A DNA stretch of 36,665 bases, taken from contig JAYOYH010000008.1 in NCBI GenBank assembly GCA_038153405.1, forward strand, positions 1 through 36,665, given 5' to 3'. The position numbers and the translations under genes are program-made. Below, in pieces: positions 1 to 9,247 of this stretch. Position 1 is the stretch's first letter. The number at the start of each line of letters is the position of its first letter. Source of the DNA: Gemmatimonadota bacterium. GTDB lineage: Bacteria; Latescibacterota; UBA2968; UBA8231. Below the pieces are notes generated by a model, which was not told the origin of the DNA, ran no database searches, and saw nothing but the letters and a program-made list of their open reading frames with translations.

Positions 1-492
1 CTCGATATCGCCGAAGATTTAATCGGGCCCAATATCCAGCTCTTTCACGATCAGGCCCTCTACAAGCCAGCCCACCACGGCGGCGCCGTATTTTGGCACC
101 AGGACAACGCCTATTGGCGCTGCCATCCGGCCCAGTTAGTCAGTTGCTGGCTGACCTTGGACGACGTCGATGCCAGCAACGGCGCCATGCACCTCATCCC
201 TGAATCGCATCTGCGAGGTCTTGGCGATCAGCACGAGCGCGCGCAGAGCACGGGCGCCCTACTCGATGCGCACGAACACGTAGACGAAGCGCAGTCCGTA
301 GTCGTCGACCTGCCGGCCGGGGGCGCTCTCTTTCACCACTGCCAAACTATGCACTACACACCGCCCAACCACACGCCGCGGCAGCGCCGTGCGTTTGCCA
401 TCCACCTGATGCCACCCGGCACTCGTTCGAGGCAAACCGGTGAACGACTATCCGTATCCTTTGCGCGGCCCATGCTGCGCATGCACGTGTGA
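1..492 (+). CDS. PhyH-family Fe(II)/2-oxoglutarate dioxygenase, 5'-truncated by window edge
   Basis: Frame is open from base 1 (LDIAEDLIGPNI...YKPAHHGG..WHQDNAYW...SCWLTLDDVDASNGAM..IPESH...FHHCQTMHYT..N.T...RRA): HxD plus distal His and typical PhyH blocks. Confidence 0.9.
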   Translation, partial: LDIAEDLIGPNIQLFHDQALYKPAHHGGAVFWHQDNAYWRCHPAQLVSCWLTLDDVDASNGAMHLIPESHLRGLGDQHERAQSTGALLDAHEHVDEAQSVVVDLPAGGALFHHCQTMHYTPPNHTPRQRRAFAIHLMPPGTRSRQTGERLSVSFARPMLRMHV

Positions 493-543
493 GCAGACCG
501 GTATAATACTACGCCACTCAACCCTTTAACTCGAGAGAAATAC

Positions 544-1659
544 ATGCACGATCCGCGCCTGGATCGCCTAGCAGAAGTCCTCATCCAGCATTCGACGAAC
601 CTGCAACAGGGCGAAAAAATTCTCATAGAGACGTTCGATATTCCCGAGGAAATGGTCGTCGCCCTCATTCGCGCCGCACGCGCGGTTGGCGGCATACCCA
701 TTGCATCCTACAAGCGCACGCGCATCCAGCGCGAACTGCTGCGCGGAGCACAGCGCGAAGGTATGCAACTGATGGGCGATGTTGAGGCCCACCGCATGCG
801 CCAAGTCGATGCCTATATAGGCCTGCGCGGCTCGGGCAATATCGCCGAATTATCTGACGTGCCCGGGGCGGCGATGCACCTTTACGAAGAGCACTGGATG
901 AAACCCGTGCACTACGAGATACGCGTGCCAAAGACCAAGTGGGTCGTGCTGCGCTGGCCCTCCTCCTCGATGGCGCAGCAGGCGCGCATGAGCACTGAGG
1001 CCTTTGAAGAATTCTACTTCGACGTCTGCACCCTCGACTACGGCAAGATGGCCGCCGCGCAAAAGCCGCTAGCCGACCTAATGCGCCGCACGGACCGCGT
1101 GCACATCAAGGGGCCCTCTACCGATCTGCGCTTTAGCATCGCGGACATACCCGTAATCGAGTGCTCCGGCGAGCACAATATTCCCGATGGCGAGTGCTTT
1201 ACGGCACCCGTGCGCGACTCGGTAGAAGGCGAGATTCGCTTTAACGCCAGCACGCTCTACCGCGGTACGGTATTCGACCACATTCATCTCCGCTTTGAGC
1301 GGGGGCGCATCGTCGAAGCCCATAGCAGCGACGACGGCCGTCTCAACGAGGTGCTCGATGCCGACGAAGGCGCGCGCTACATCGGCGAGTTCGCCATCGG
1401 GTTTAATCCCTATATCACCGAGCCGATGCTCGACATTCTCTTTGATGAGAAAATCGCCGGCTCGTTTCACTTTACTCCCGGCCAGGCCTACGAGAAGGCG
1501 GATAACGGCAACCGCTCTACTATCCACTGGGATATGGTGATGATTCAATCGCCGAAATTCGGCGGCGGCGCGATCTATTTCGACGACGTGCTCGTGCGCA
1601 AGGACGGCCAATTTGTCTTACCGGAACTGCTCGCTCTTAACCCGGACCAGCTCAAATAG
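544..1659 (+). CDS. Aminopeptidase, peptidase M29 (AmpS/PepS/aminopeptidase T family)
   Basis: Motifs [41 protein letters not shown]. Confidence 0.92.
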   Translation: MHDPRLDRLAEVLIQHSTNLQQGEKILIETFDIPEEMVVALIRAARAVGGIPIASYKRTRIQRELLRGAQREGMQLMGDVEAHRMRQVDAYIGLRGSGNIAELSDVPGAAMHLYEEHWMKPVHYEIRVPKTKWVVLRWPSSSMAQQARMSTEAFEEFYFDVCTLDYGKMAAAQKPLADLMRRTDRVHIKGPSTDLRFSIADIPVIECSGEHNIPDGECFTAPVRDSVEGEIRFNASTLYRGTVFDHIHLRFERGRIVEAHSSDDGRLNEVLDADEGARYIGEFAIGFNPYITEPMLDILFDEKIAGSFHFTPGQAYEKADNGNRSTIHWDMVMIQSPKFGGGAIYFDDVLVRKDGQFVLPELLALNPDQLK

Positions 1660-1712
1660 CCCAACCGCACCGACGCAGCACTGCGCTGCGAGAATGGAAT
1701 AGGTACTGATAA

Positions 1713-2684
1713 ATGCGTTACCAATCCATCGCCTTTACCGCCCGCCAGACAGCCGAGCTCGTAGAGGACGAGCACGAGGGGGCGCTGGGCGCCGATGAGG
1801 TCGCCGGCCAGACGCTTTACACTCTCATCAGCCCGGGCACCGAGCTAGCCGGCGCCTACTTGGGCGAGCGATTTCCTGCTCTTCCTGGCTACGCGGCCGC
1901 CTTCCGCGTCGAGGCCATGGGTGAAGATGTTTGCGGCATTGCCGAAGGCGACGTGCTGTTCTGCATGGGCAAACACCAGTCGCACCAGCGCGTGCGCGCG
2001 GTGGAGACGGCGCCCGTTCCCGACGGCTTAGCCCCGCACTTGGTGCCCTTTTGCCGCTTGATGGGGGTGACGATGACCACGCTGCAAACAACGCTGGCCC
2101 GTCCACCGGCTCGCGTTCTAGTCACTGGGCTCGGACCGGTCGGCCACCTCTGCGCACAGGTATTTCGCGCCTACGGCTATGACGTCATTGCCGCAGATCC
2201 GCTCCAAGAGCGGCGCGCGTGGGCCCAGCACGCCGGCCTGCCACGCGTGCTGGATAAGGTGCCGCACGACGACGCGCACATCGCCCGCCGCATCGACCTC
2301 CACATCGAGTGCTCTGGCCATGAAATGGCCGCCCTTGACGGCTGCAAGGTAGTCAAGAAAAAGGGAGAAATTGCCCTTGTTGGGGCCCCGTGGACGCAGC
2401 GCGCCGACGTGCAGGCACACGAGTTCCTGCGCGAGATTTTTTTCAACTACGTCATATTGCGTTCGGGCTGGGAATGGGAATTGCCACATCGCAGCCAAGA
2501 CTTTCGCCAGGGCAGCATCTTTGCCAATTTTTCCGAGGCACTGCGCCTGTTAGCAAATGGCAAAGTCGTCGTCGAAGGCCTCTACGACCTGTTGGCACCG
2601 GCGTCCTGTCAGGACGTCTACCAAGACCTGCTGCACCGACGAGCGCCGAACCTATTTCAGGTCTTTGCCTGGCAGCAGGCCTAG
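1713..2684 (+). CDS. MDR-superfamily dehydrogenase lacking the catalytic Zn ligands (BchC-like subgroup)
   Basis: ISPGTE and PGY where Zn-MDRs have GxCxSD and GHE; Rossmann GLGPVG; IECSG. Confidence 0.8.
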   Translation: MRYQSIAFTARQTAELVEDEHEGALGADEVAGQTLYTLISPGTELAGAYLGERFPALPGYAAAFRVEAMGEDVCGIAEGDVLFCMGKHQSHQRVRAVETAPVPDGLAPHLVPFCRLMGVTMTTLQTTLARPPARVLVTGLGPVGHLCAQVFRAYGYDVIAADPLQERRAWAQHAGLPRVLDKVPHDDAHIARRIDLHIECSGHEMAALDGCKVVKKKGEIALVGAPWTQRADVQAHEFLREIFFNYVILRSGWEWELPHRSQDFRQGSIFANFSEALRLLANGKVVVEGLYDLLAPASCQDVYQDLLHRRAPNLFQVFAWQQA

Positions 2685-2766
2685 CGGTCGCAAAGAGAGG
2701 GCCAACGCAGGCCTTGATGCACTCGAAACACCGCGCCAGTTTATACGCACAGCGAAAGGATGCGCT

Positions 2767-3726
2767 ATGGACATACTCGTCGTTGGCGGCACCGGGCATA
2801 TCGGCTCGTATTTGGTGCCGCGCCTCGTTCTCGACGGCCATCGAGTGCGCGTTGTCGCCCGCCACTCACGGCCCCAATATGCCGAAGAGCGCATGCTCTG
2901 GTCACAGGTCGAATGGATTGAAGCCGATCGGCGAGCCGAGGAAGCAGACGGGACCTGGCTAGAGCGCATGCGGTCGATCGAGACCGATGTCGTGGTCGAC
3001 CTCATTGCCTTCACCGCGCCAGAAAACGCCGCAATGATGGAAGCGTTTAAGGGACGCATCGGCCACTTTTTGCACTGCGGCACCATCTGGGCCTACGGCC
3101 CCAGCGCACGCACGCCATATCAGGAGCATTTTCCGCGCCGGCCGATTACCGAGTACGGCATCAACAAAGCCGCCATCGAAGCCGATCTGCTGCACGCCTG
3201 GAGCGCCGAGCAGTTTCCCGCCACCGTCGTGCATCCCGGCCACATATCGGGGCGCCGCTGGTTGCCCATCGACCCGCAGGGAAGCCGCGCCGGCATAGAG
3301 GTTTACGCGAAGCTGGCCACTGGTCAGGCCGTCCACTTGCCCGACTTAGGGCTCTATACGATCCACCACGTGCACGGCGACGACGTCGCCCAGCTATTTC
3401 ACCGGGCCATTGACCAGCGTCCCCAGGCCCTTGGCCAGAGCTTCAGCGCCGTAGCGCCCTACGCCCTTTCACTGGTAGCCTGCTGCCAAAGCGTGGCATC
3501 GCTCTTTGGTCGCCAGGCCGTCCTTGAATTCGTGCCCCTGCAGCGCATGGTCGAATTCGTCGAAAAAGAAGCCTTCGATGTCATCGCAGCCCACTGTCAG
3601 CACTCGCCCTGTTCCAGTATCGCCAAAGGCGAAAAATTGCTGGGCTATCGGCCTCGCTACACAACCGAACAAATCTATGCCGAATGCGTAGAATACCTGC
3701 TTGAAAGCGGTCAACTGCGCCTTTAG
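2767..3726 (+). CDS. NAD-dependent epimerase/dehydratase (extended SDR)
   Basis: Start moved to ATG 2767 (AAAGGA RBS upstream); GGTGHIG and YGINK motifs. Confidence 0.88.
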   Translation: MDILVVGGTGHIGSYLVPRLVLDGHRVRVVARHSRPQYAEERMLWSQVEWIEADRRAEEADGTWLERMRSIETDVVVDLIAFTAPENAAMMEAFKGRIGHFLHCGTIWAYGPSARTPYQEHFPRRPITEYGINKAAIEADLLHAWSAEQFPATVVHPGHISGRRWLPIDPQGSRAGIEVYAKLATGQAVHLPDLGLYTIHHVHGDDVAQLFHRAIDQRPQALGQSFSAVAPYALSLVACCQSVASLFGRQAVLEFVPLQRMVEFVEKEAFDVIAAHCQHSPCSSIAKGEKLLGYRPRYTTEQIYAECVEYLLESGQLRL

Positions 3727-3754
3727 CAAAACACCTAACCCTGTGGACGTATCC

Positions 3755-4681
3755 ATGGCCGATCTCGAATTCACTGGCGTTTTTCCCATCCTAGTGACGC
3801 CCTTTACCGACGAAGAGGATATCGATCTCGAATCCTTTGCCTGCATCGTCGACTTCATGAGCACGCTTGGCGTCGACGGCGTGACGATATTGGGCGTCCT
3901 CGGCGAGTCCAATCGCCTGCTGGACGACGAACGCGAAGCGCTGATCAAAACAGCCGTTGACGCAGCGGCCGGACGCATGCCCGTCGTCGTCGGCACCAGC
4001 CACGCCGGCACGCACGCCACGCTGCGCTTGAGTCAACGAGCCGAGCAGCTGGGCGCGGCCGCCGTCATGGTTACGCCATCGCGCGAAACTGTGCCCAGCG
4101 AAGAGCGCATATTCGAATACTTCCAGCGGGTCGCCGCCGGCATCTCCATTCCCATCGTCGCACAGGACCACCCGGCCTCCACGCAGGTGCATATGTCGAG
4201 CGAGCTCCTCCTGCGCATGGTTGCTGAGATTCCGCAAATCGCCTGTATCAAGCAGGAAGCAGTGCCCACTCCGCCCAAGACGCGCGCCCTGATCAAGGGC
4301 ATGGTCGGCCACCACCGCAGACCGACCATCCTGACCGGCCTAGGCGCCCTCTACGGACGCTATGATCTGGAGAGCGGGGCCGATGGGTTTATGACCGGAT
4401 TTGCCTTCCCCGAAGTCCTACAAGCGCTGGTCGCCGCCCGCAACGCAGGCGACTCGATGCGGCTGCGAATGCTCTACGAGCGCTTTTTGCCCCTCATCGT
4501 CTTTGAACAACAGCCCGGCATTGCGGTGCGCAAAGAAATTTTTCGCCGACGCCGCCTTTTGCAATCTGCCTGCGTGCGCCATCCGGGCCGCGGCATAGAT
4601 GAGAGCACCGCCGCCCACCTACACAGCGTTCTCGAATCTACTTTGCCCGGCATCGACCTAGCATGCCCCCTCATCCCTTAA
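3755..4681 (+). CDS. DHDPS/NAL-family lyase (keto-deoxy sugar acid dehydratase/aldolase-like; not DapA)
   Basis: Start MADLEFTGVFPILVTPF at 3755; GVLGE, Schiff-base Lys in CIKQE, QDHP in place of YNxP. Confidence 0.85.
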   Translation: MADLEFTGVFPILVTPFTDEEDIDLESFACIVDFMSTLGVDGVTILGVLGESNRLLDDEREALIKTAVDAAAGRMPVVVGTSHAGTHATLRLSQRAEQLGAAAVMVTPSRETVPSEERIFEYFQRVAAGISIPIVAQDHPASTQVHMSSELLLRMVAEIPQIACIKQEAVPTPPKTRALIKGMVGHHRRPTILTGLGALYGRYDLESGADGFMTGFAFPEVLQALVAARNAGDSMRLRMLYERFLPLIVFEQQPGIAVRKEIFRRRRLLQSACVRHPGRGIDESTAAHLHSVLESTLPGIDLACPLIP

Positions 4682-4692
4682 GGAGCCCTGTC

Positions 4693-5907
4693 ATGCGCAT
4701 AGAACACGTCGAAGCACTGCATATCAATCCGCGGCTATACGAGCGCAACAAAGGCCACGAAGTCCGCTTTAACGGCATTGACACACAGACGGTTTTTCGC
4801 GTCACCTGCGACAACGGCGTCGTCGGCTACGGCGATACGCGCGGCCACAGCAGCCTGAGCGAACAGCAGACCAATGCTCTAGTCGGACGCTCGCCCTTCG
4901 ACTTTGTCGCCGCCGACCTGAACGTTGGACTCATGGGAGCGCTCTACGACGCCATGGGCAAACACCTCGACGTGCCGGCCCATAAAATCATGGGACAGAA
5001 AGTGCGCGATCGCGTACCGGTAGCGGCCTGGACGCGCCCTGCATCACCCGAGGATTTTGCGCTGGAAATTCAGCGCGCCGCAGGAGAGGGGTATATGTAT
5101 TTTAAGATGCACACCTGCGAACACCACTGCGTAATCGAGCAGACGCGTGCCGCCGAGGAAGTCGCACCGGATGGGTTTAAGATCCACTTCGATTTCAACC
5201 ACAACCGCACCGAAGCGGCGACCCTTCGCATTATCGACGAAATCGAGCGGTCGTCGGTCGTCGGTATCCTCGAAGACCCCATTCGCTGGCAAAACATCGA
5301 CGGCTGGCGCCGCCTGCGCCAGCGCACTTCGCTGCCCCTGCTCATGCACGTGCCGCAGCTAGGAGGCGGTCAGGAGATGCTCAACGGCTGTGCCGATCTA
5401 TACATGGTCGGCGAAGTGGGCATCGGCACCTCTTTTAAGCGGGGATTTGCCGCGGCTGCGGCCGAACTGTCGACGGTGATTCAGCTGACGGGTGGCACGC
5501 TGTCAAAAGCGCTAGCCATGCATCTGGGCGCCGTGCTGCCCAATGTTTCTCACTCGGTCAACCTAGACGATCAGTATGCCGAAGATGCGACGGGGAGCCG
5601 CCTCGAAATTGACGAGGGCAGCACGCCCGTGCCCGAGGGCGCAGGCCTCGGCGTCGAGATCGACGAGGACAAGCTCGCCGAGCTTGCGGCGCGGCCCAAG
5701 AGCGAACTGCCGCTGCACGTCGGCGTTCTCGAACTGCCCGGCGGCAGCACGTATTACACGCCTTCCATCCCCTCGGTCGAGCGAATAAGCGGCTTTCCCG
5801 AGGGCAACGTGCGCGGCATCCGCAGCCGCGTTTGGAATGACGACGGTTCCGATGCGTTCAAAGCGATCTACGAGCGCGTTCAGCGCGAGGGCCATTTCAA
5901 AGCGTAG
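4693..5907 (+). CDS. Enolase-superfamily (mandelate racemase/muconate lactonizing) enzyme
   Basis: AGGAG RBS then ATG 4693; GYGD, ALYDAMGK, DFN, EDP, PEGAGLGVEID motifs. Confidence 0.87.
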   Translation: MRIEHVEALHINPRLYERNKGHEVRFNGIDTQTVFRVTCDNGVVGYGDTRGHSSLSEQQTNALVGRSPFDFVAADLNVGLMGALYDAMGKHLDVPAHKIMGQKVRDRVPVAAWTRPASPEDFALEIQRAAGEGYMYFKMHTCEHHCVIEQTRAAEEVAPDGFKIHFDFNHNRTEAATLRIIDEIERSSVVGILEDPIRWQNIDGWRRLRQRTSLPLLMHVPQLGGGQEMLNGCADLYMVGEVGIGTSFKRGFAAAAAELSTVIQLTGGTLSKALAMHLGAVLPNVSHSVNLDDQYAEDATGSRLEIDEGSTPVPEGAGLGVEIDEDKLAELAARPKSELPLHVGVLELPGGSTYYTPSIPSVERISGFPEGNVRGIRSRVWNDDGSDAFKAIYERVQREGHFKA

Positions 5908-5915
5908 AACGCCTC

Positions 5916-5946
5916 TGGATGCCTCGGGGCCCACCCGAGGCATCCA
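5916..5946. terminator. Perfect 13-bp hairpin between convergent genes (terminator or RNA-stabilising stem)
   Basis: TGGATGCCTCGGG-gccca-CCCGAGGCATCCA; no U-tract on either side. Confidence 0.6.
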
Positions 5947-6843
5947 CTAGCGCAGAACGAAGTCTAACAGCAACCCTGCGTACGTCAAATAGGCGGCCTG
6001 CTGTATGCTCTTCTTATACGCACTCAGCGAGATCAAGTCCCCATAGGCGGCACGGCTATCGTAGCGCCGCGTCATATACATGGGCAGTGCCGGGGCCAGC
6101 GCGGCGAAGATTACGGCGTACATGCCATAGGCGCCGCTGAGAAAAAGTAGACCACACCAGATGCGCGACAGGATTTGCGCCCCCCAGATAATGCGTTTGA
6201 CCATCGCGGCTCCAACCCAAACGCTGAGCGTCTTCTTGCCGTTTTCGCGATCGGCCGGCTCGTGCTTTAGTCCGCTGGCCAGCGCGGCAATAAGGGCGTA
6301 GAGAGCCACGGGGACAAGCAGCTGTATCTGGTTGACATCCCACTCCACCCCCATCGCGCAATAACCCATTAACGGCATTACAACGCCCGTGCCGACGGTT
6401 TCTAGTATTTCTCCCCCGCCGCGATAGTTGAGCCGCAGCGGCGCGAAGCTGTACGCCCATATCAGCAGGAGACCGCTGACTGTCAGCGCCGGTATCAAGG
6501 GGCTTCCCAACCACCACAGGATTACCGCACAGGCCAACGCACCAGCACCTGCCAATAGACCCGCCGTCAGCACTTGTGCCGGTGTGAGTAAGCCCGCAAC
6601 CAATACGCGCTCGTCGATCAGTTGGGGGAAGGCCTGTGCATGGTGGACATCGGCCGCGCGATCGGCGTAATCGTTGAGCAGAACAATGGCCCACTGCAGC
6701 AGTGCCGTGAGTGCCAGCACGAGAGCGGCCGAAAGCCATGGCACAGCGCCCTCTCCTCCGTACCCCAAGCCCATCCCCACGCAGACGGGCAGCAGCGTTT
6801 TGGGTAATGCCTGTAGCTTGACAGCAATTAGCCAGCGATTCAC
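5947..6843 (-). CDS. UbiA-family prenyltransferase, MenA-like
   Basis: Likely GTG start at 6843 (VNRWLIAVK, purine-rich RBS); NDYAD motif, YS..PLRLNYRGGGE, D..NGKKTL; multiple hydrophobic segments. Confidence 0.8.
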   Translation of the reverse strand: MNRWLIAVKLQALPKTLLPVCVGMGLGYGGEGAVPWLSAALVLALTALLQWAIVLLNDYADRAADVHHAQAFPQLIDERVLVAGLLTPAQVLTAGLLAGAGALACAVILWWLGSPLIPALTVSGLLLIWAYSFAPLRLNYRGGGEILETVGTGVVMPLMGYCAMGVEWDVNQIQLLVPVALYALIAALASGLKHEPADRENGKKTLSVWVGAAMVKRIIWGAQILSRIWCGLLFLSGAYGMYAVIFAALAPALPMYMTRRYDSRAAYGDLISLSAYKKSIQQAAYLTYAGLLLDFVLR

Positions 6844-6875
6844 TTTACCCCTTCGTCTCTTAACCAGTAAGATCC

Positions 6876-7610
6876 ATGTCACTTCCCAGCGAGCCGTATC
6901 GCACGCCCTCTGTCCATAGCGCAGTGGGGGCGGCCTATCGCCTCTCTCTGGCACCCGGTCGCCACCGGGCCACCCCTTGCGTCGATCTGTGTGCCGCCCT
7001 GCTGGAAGCAGACGAAACGGATACTATCTTCGGCCGCACTTTTGCGCAAGGCATGCGCGATCTCGAGGCCGGGCTCAAAGAGCACTTTCCCAACAATATC
7101 TACGGCGATCTCGACTATTATGCCGCCGCGCTTTTGAACGCGGCACGCGCCCACAGCACCCCTCTCACCTATCTGCAACAGCACTTTGTCCAAGTCGGCG
7201 AGCTGCTGCAACTCTACGGATGCAACTCGCCTATTCACTTTCGCTACGCCCACGATTTTCTCTACGGGTTCGACTGGGCGCGCTGGGTGCGCAAAGCACC
7301 GACCAAGCGCGGTAACACGGGCCCCTTTGCTCCCGCTTTTTTGCACTATCTAAAGGAGCGCGGAGACGAACTCTTACAGCTGATTGCGACCGACGACTGC
7401 ACCTATCCCCGCCTTGCACGCGGTGCGGACCGCAACCCGTTTTCCTTTCTGCGCGATCCCGCCAGCGAAATGCGCCTCCACCAATCGCTGGCAGCAGATG
7501 GCCTAGTGCCCGTCGAAGCCTGGCATCCGCACGGACGGCTGTGCTGCCGGTCCGATTACAGCGCGCTGCGCGATGAACGCGCCGACCAACTTTTCTCAGA
7601 CCATGGGTAA
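6876..7610 (+). CDS. Hypothetical protein
   Basis: 244-aa ORF whose stop overlaps the ybaK start; protein-like blocks FPNNIYGDLDY, IHFRYAHDFLYGFDWARWV, RNPFSF. Start uncertain. Confidence 0.7.
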   Translation: MSLPSEPYRTPSVHSAVGAAYRLSLAPGRHRATPCVDLCAALLEADETDTIFGRTFAQGMRDLEAGLKEHFPNNIYGDLDYYAAALLNAARAHSTPLTYLQQHFVQVGELLQLYGCNSPIHFRYAHDFLYGFDWARWVRKAPTKRGNTGPFAPAFLHYLKERGDELLQLIATDDCTYPRLARGADRNPFSFLRDPASEMRLHQSLAADGLVPVEAWHPHGRLCCRSDYSALRDERADQLFSDHG

Positions 7611-8106
7611 AAAACCAAAAGTTCCCGTAACTGCAGCCCTGCGCACCCTGCGCCAAAGCGGCGTTGCTCACAGCGAACACCTCTACCCCTACGAGGAGCA
7701 CGGGGGGTCCGTGCACGCTGCCCACTGTCTAGACATTGATCTGCATCAGGTGGTTAAAACGCTGGTATTTGAGGACGATAAAGGGCAACCGCTGCTGGTC
7801 CTTATGCACGGCGATCGCGACGTGGCGGTTGGCCTACTAGCACGCGCCGTCGGCGCCAAGCGCGTAGAGCCCTGCACGCCGGATGCGGCCACCAAACACA
7901 CCGGCTATTTGGTCGGAGGCACTTCGCCCTTTGGCACGCGCAAACAGATACCCACTTATGCCGAGGCGACCATACGCTCCCTTCCAATCATGTATGTAAA
8001 CGGCGGCAAGCGAGGCTTTTTAGTCGGTCTACAGCCGGCCGCCTTAGACCGCATACTAACGCCATGCTACGTAGCCGTTAGCGCACCGCACCCCAGTACC
8101 TCATAG
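7603..8106 (+). CDS. ybaK: YbaK/EbsC aminoacyl-tRNA deacylase
   Basis: MGKKPKVPVT.A start; VVKTLV catalytic Lys; TGYLVGGTSPFG; NGGKRG. Confidence 0.9.
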   Translation: MGKKPKVPVTAALRTLRQSGVAHSEHLYPYEEHGGSVHAAHCLDIDLHQVVKTLVFEDDKGQPLLVLMHGDRDVAVGLLARAVGAKRVEPCTPDAATKHTGYLVGGTSPFGTRKQIPTYAEATIRSLPIMYVNGGKRGFLVGLQPAALDRILTPCYVAVSAPHPSTS

Positions 8107-8118
8107 AGGAGGCCCTCC

Positions 8119-9246
8119 ATGTTAGACCATTTATCGTCTCTGCGCTCCGGCAAAGCCGGCCGCGCCTCATCCTGGGCACACGACGGCCGCAACGGCGATG
8201 CGTGGTGGATCGAGCCAGGCCAGACGCGCGTGTTGGCCGATATCAATGGCCCAGGCAAAATCACCCATATCTGGATGACGCAGCCCAACCACTACCGCGA
8301 ATGCCTTATCAAAATCACTTGGGACGATGCGCGCTCGCCCAGCGTGCTGTGCCCCCTCGGCGACTTTTTTGGCCTGGGGCATGGCATCGTCAACTCCTAC
8401 CAATCGCTGCTCTTCAGCGCTTCGACCAATACCAATAACCGCTTCAATGCCGGATGCGCACTCAACGCCTATGTGCAGATGCCCTTTCGCAAGCGCGCCG
8501 TGGTCGAACTGGTCAACCAAAGCAAGGAGCGCCACCGCCAGTATTTCTACGTCGACTACGAGCAGTGCGACATAGCCGATGAAGCAGGGTATTTTCACGC
8601 CGAATTCCGCCGCGAAAATCCCTTTGGCGGCTGGGGTCACGAAGTGCGCGTCAACTCGCCCGAAGCCAATATCGTCAACAAGGAAAGAGAAGCGTGGGCC
8701 AACAACTACGTCATTCTCGAAACGGCAGGCAGGGGGCATTACATCGGCTGCAATATCAGCGTTACCAATTTCCAAGGCACCTGGTGGGGCGAGGGCGACG
8801 ATATGATCTGGGTCGATGGCTATAAGTGGCCGCCCGACCTGCATGGCACCGGCAGCGAGGACTACCTCAACCAGGCCTGGGGCATGCAGGACAACGCCTT
8901 CCTGCGCAATGGCTCTTCCATTCACGAGCGCAACACAGACGGTTACCAGACCTCTTATGTGCACCACATAGAAAATCCGGTCTCTTTCAAAAAGGAAATC
9001 AAAGTGACCATCGAACACGGCCACGGCAACCACCTGTGCAACGAGATGAGCAGCGTCGCCTACTGGTATGCAGCCAAGCCCACCCGCGTGGCCAAGCCGC
9101 CGACCGTCGCTAAGCGCATGCCGGTGCTGCGCGACAACCAGGGCCGCTGGCTCTACGATGCAAAAAACCAGACGACGACGACAACGGTTCAAGCCAATGC
9201 GGAGATGAAGCGCATGAAAGCGCAGTGGAAAAGGGCACACGGCTAG
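8119..9246 (+). CDS. DUF2961 / glycoside hydrolase family 172 protein
   Basis: GAGGAGG RBS; GPGKITHIWMT, PLGDFFG, MPFRK, WWGEGDD, GTGSEDY, TIEHGH, SSVAYWY; no signal peptide. Confidence 0.9.
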   Translation: MLDHLSSLRSGKAGRASSWAHDGRNGDAWWIEPGQTRVLADINGPGKITHIWMTQPNHYRECLIKITWDDARSPSVLCPLGDFFGLGHGIVNSYQSLLFSASTNTNNRFNAGCALNAYVQMPFRKRAVVELVNQSKERHRQYFYVDYEQCDIADEAGYFHAEFRRENPFGGWGHEVRVNSPEANIVNKEREAWANNYVILETAGRGHYIGCNISVTNFQGTWWGEGDDMIWVDGYKWPPDLHGTGSEDYLNQAWGMQDNAFLRNGSSIHERNTDGYQTSYVHHIENPVSFKKEIKVTIEHGHGNHLCNEMSSVAYWYAAKPTRVAKPPTVAKRMPVLRDNQGRWLYDAKNQTTTTTVQANAEMKRMKAQWKRAHG

Positions 9247-9247
9247 C

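Noticed and set aside
502..507. Perfect TATAAT upstream of the aminopeptidase
   Set aside because: No credible -35 or extended -10; it may be real but is unsupported.
2557..2766. N-terminal extensions in the ORF track (also at 3701, 4663, 6954, 13508, 21698, 32623, 33747)
   Set aside because: They mostly overlap neighbouring genes or promoters; downstream starts fit RBS and family N-termini better.
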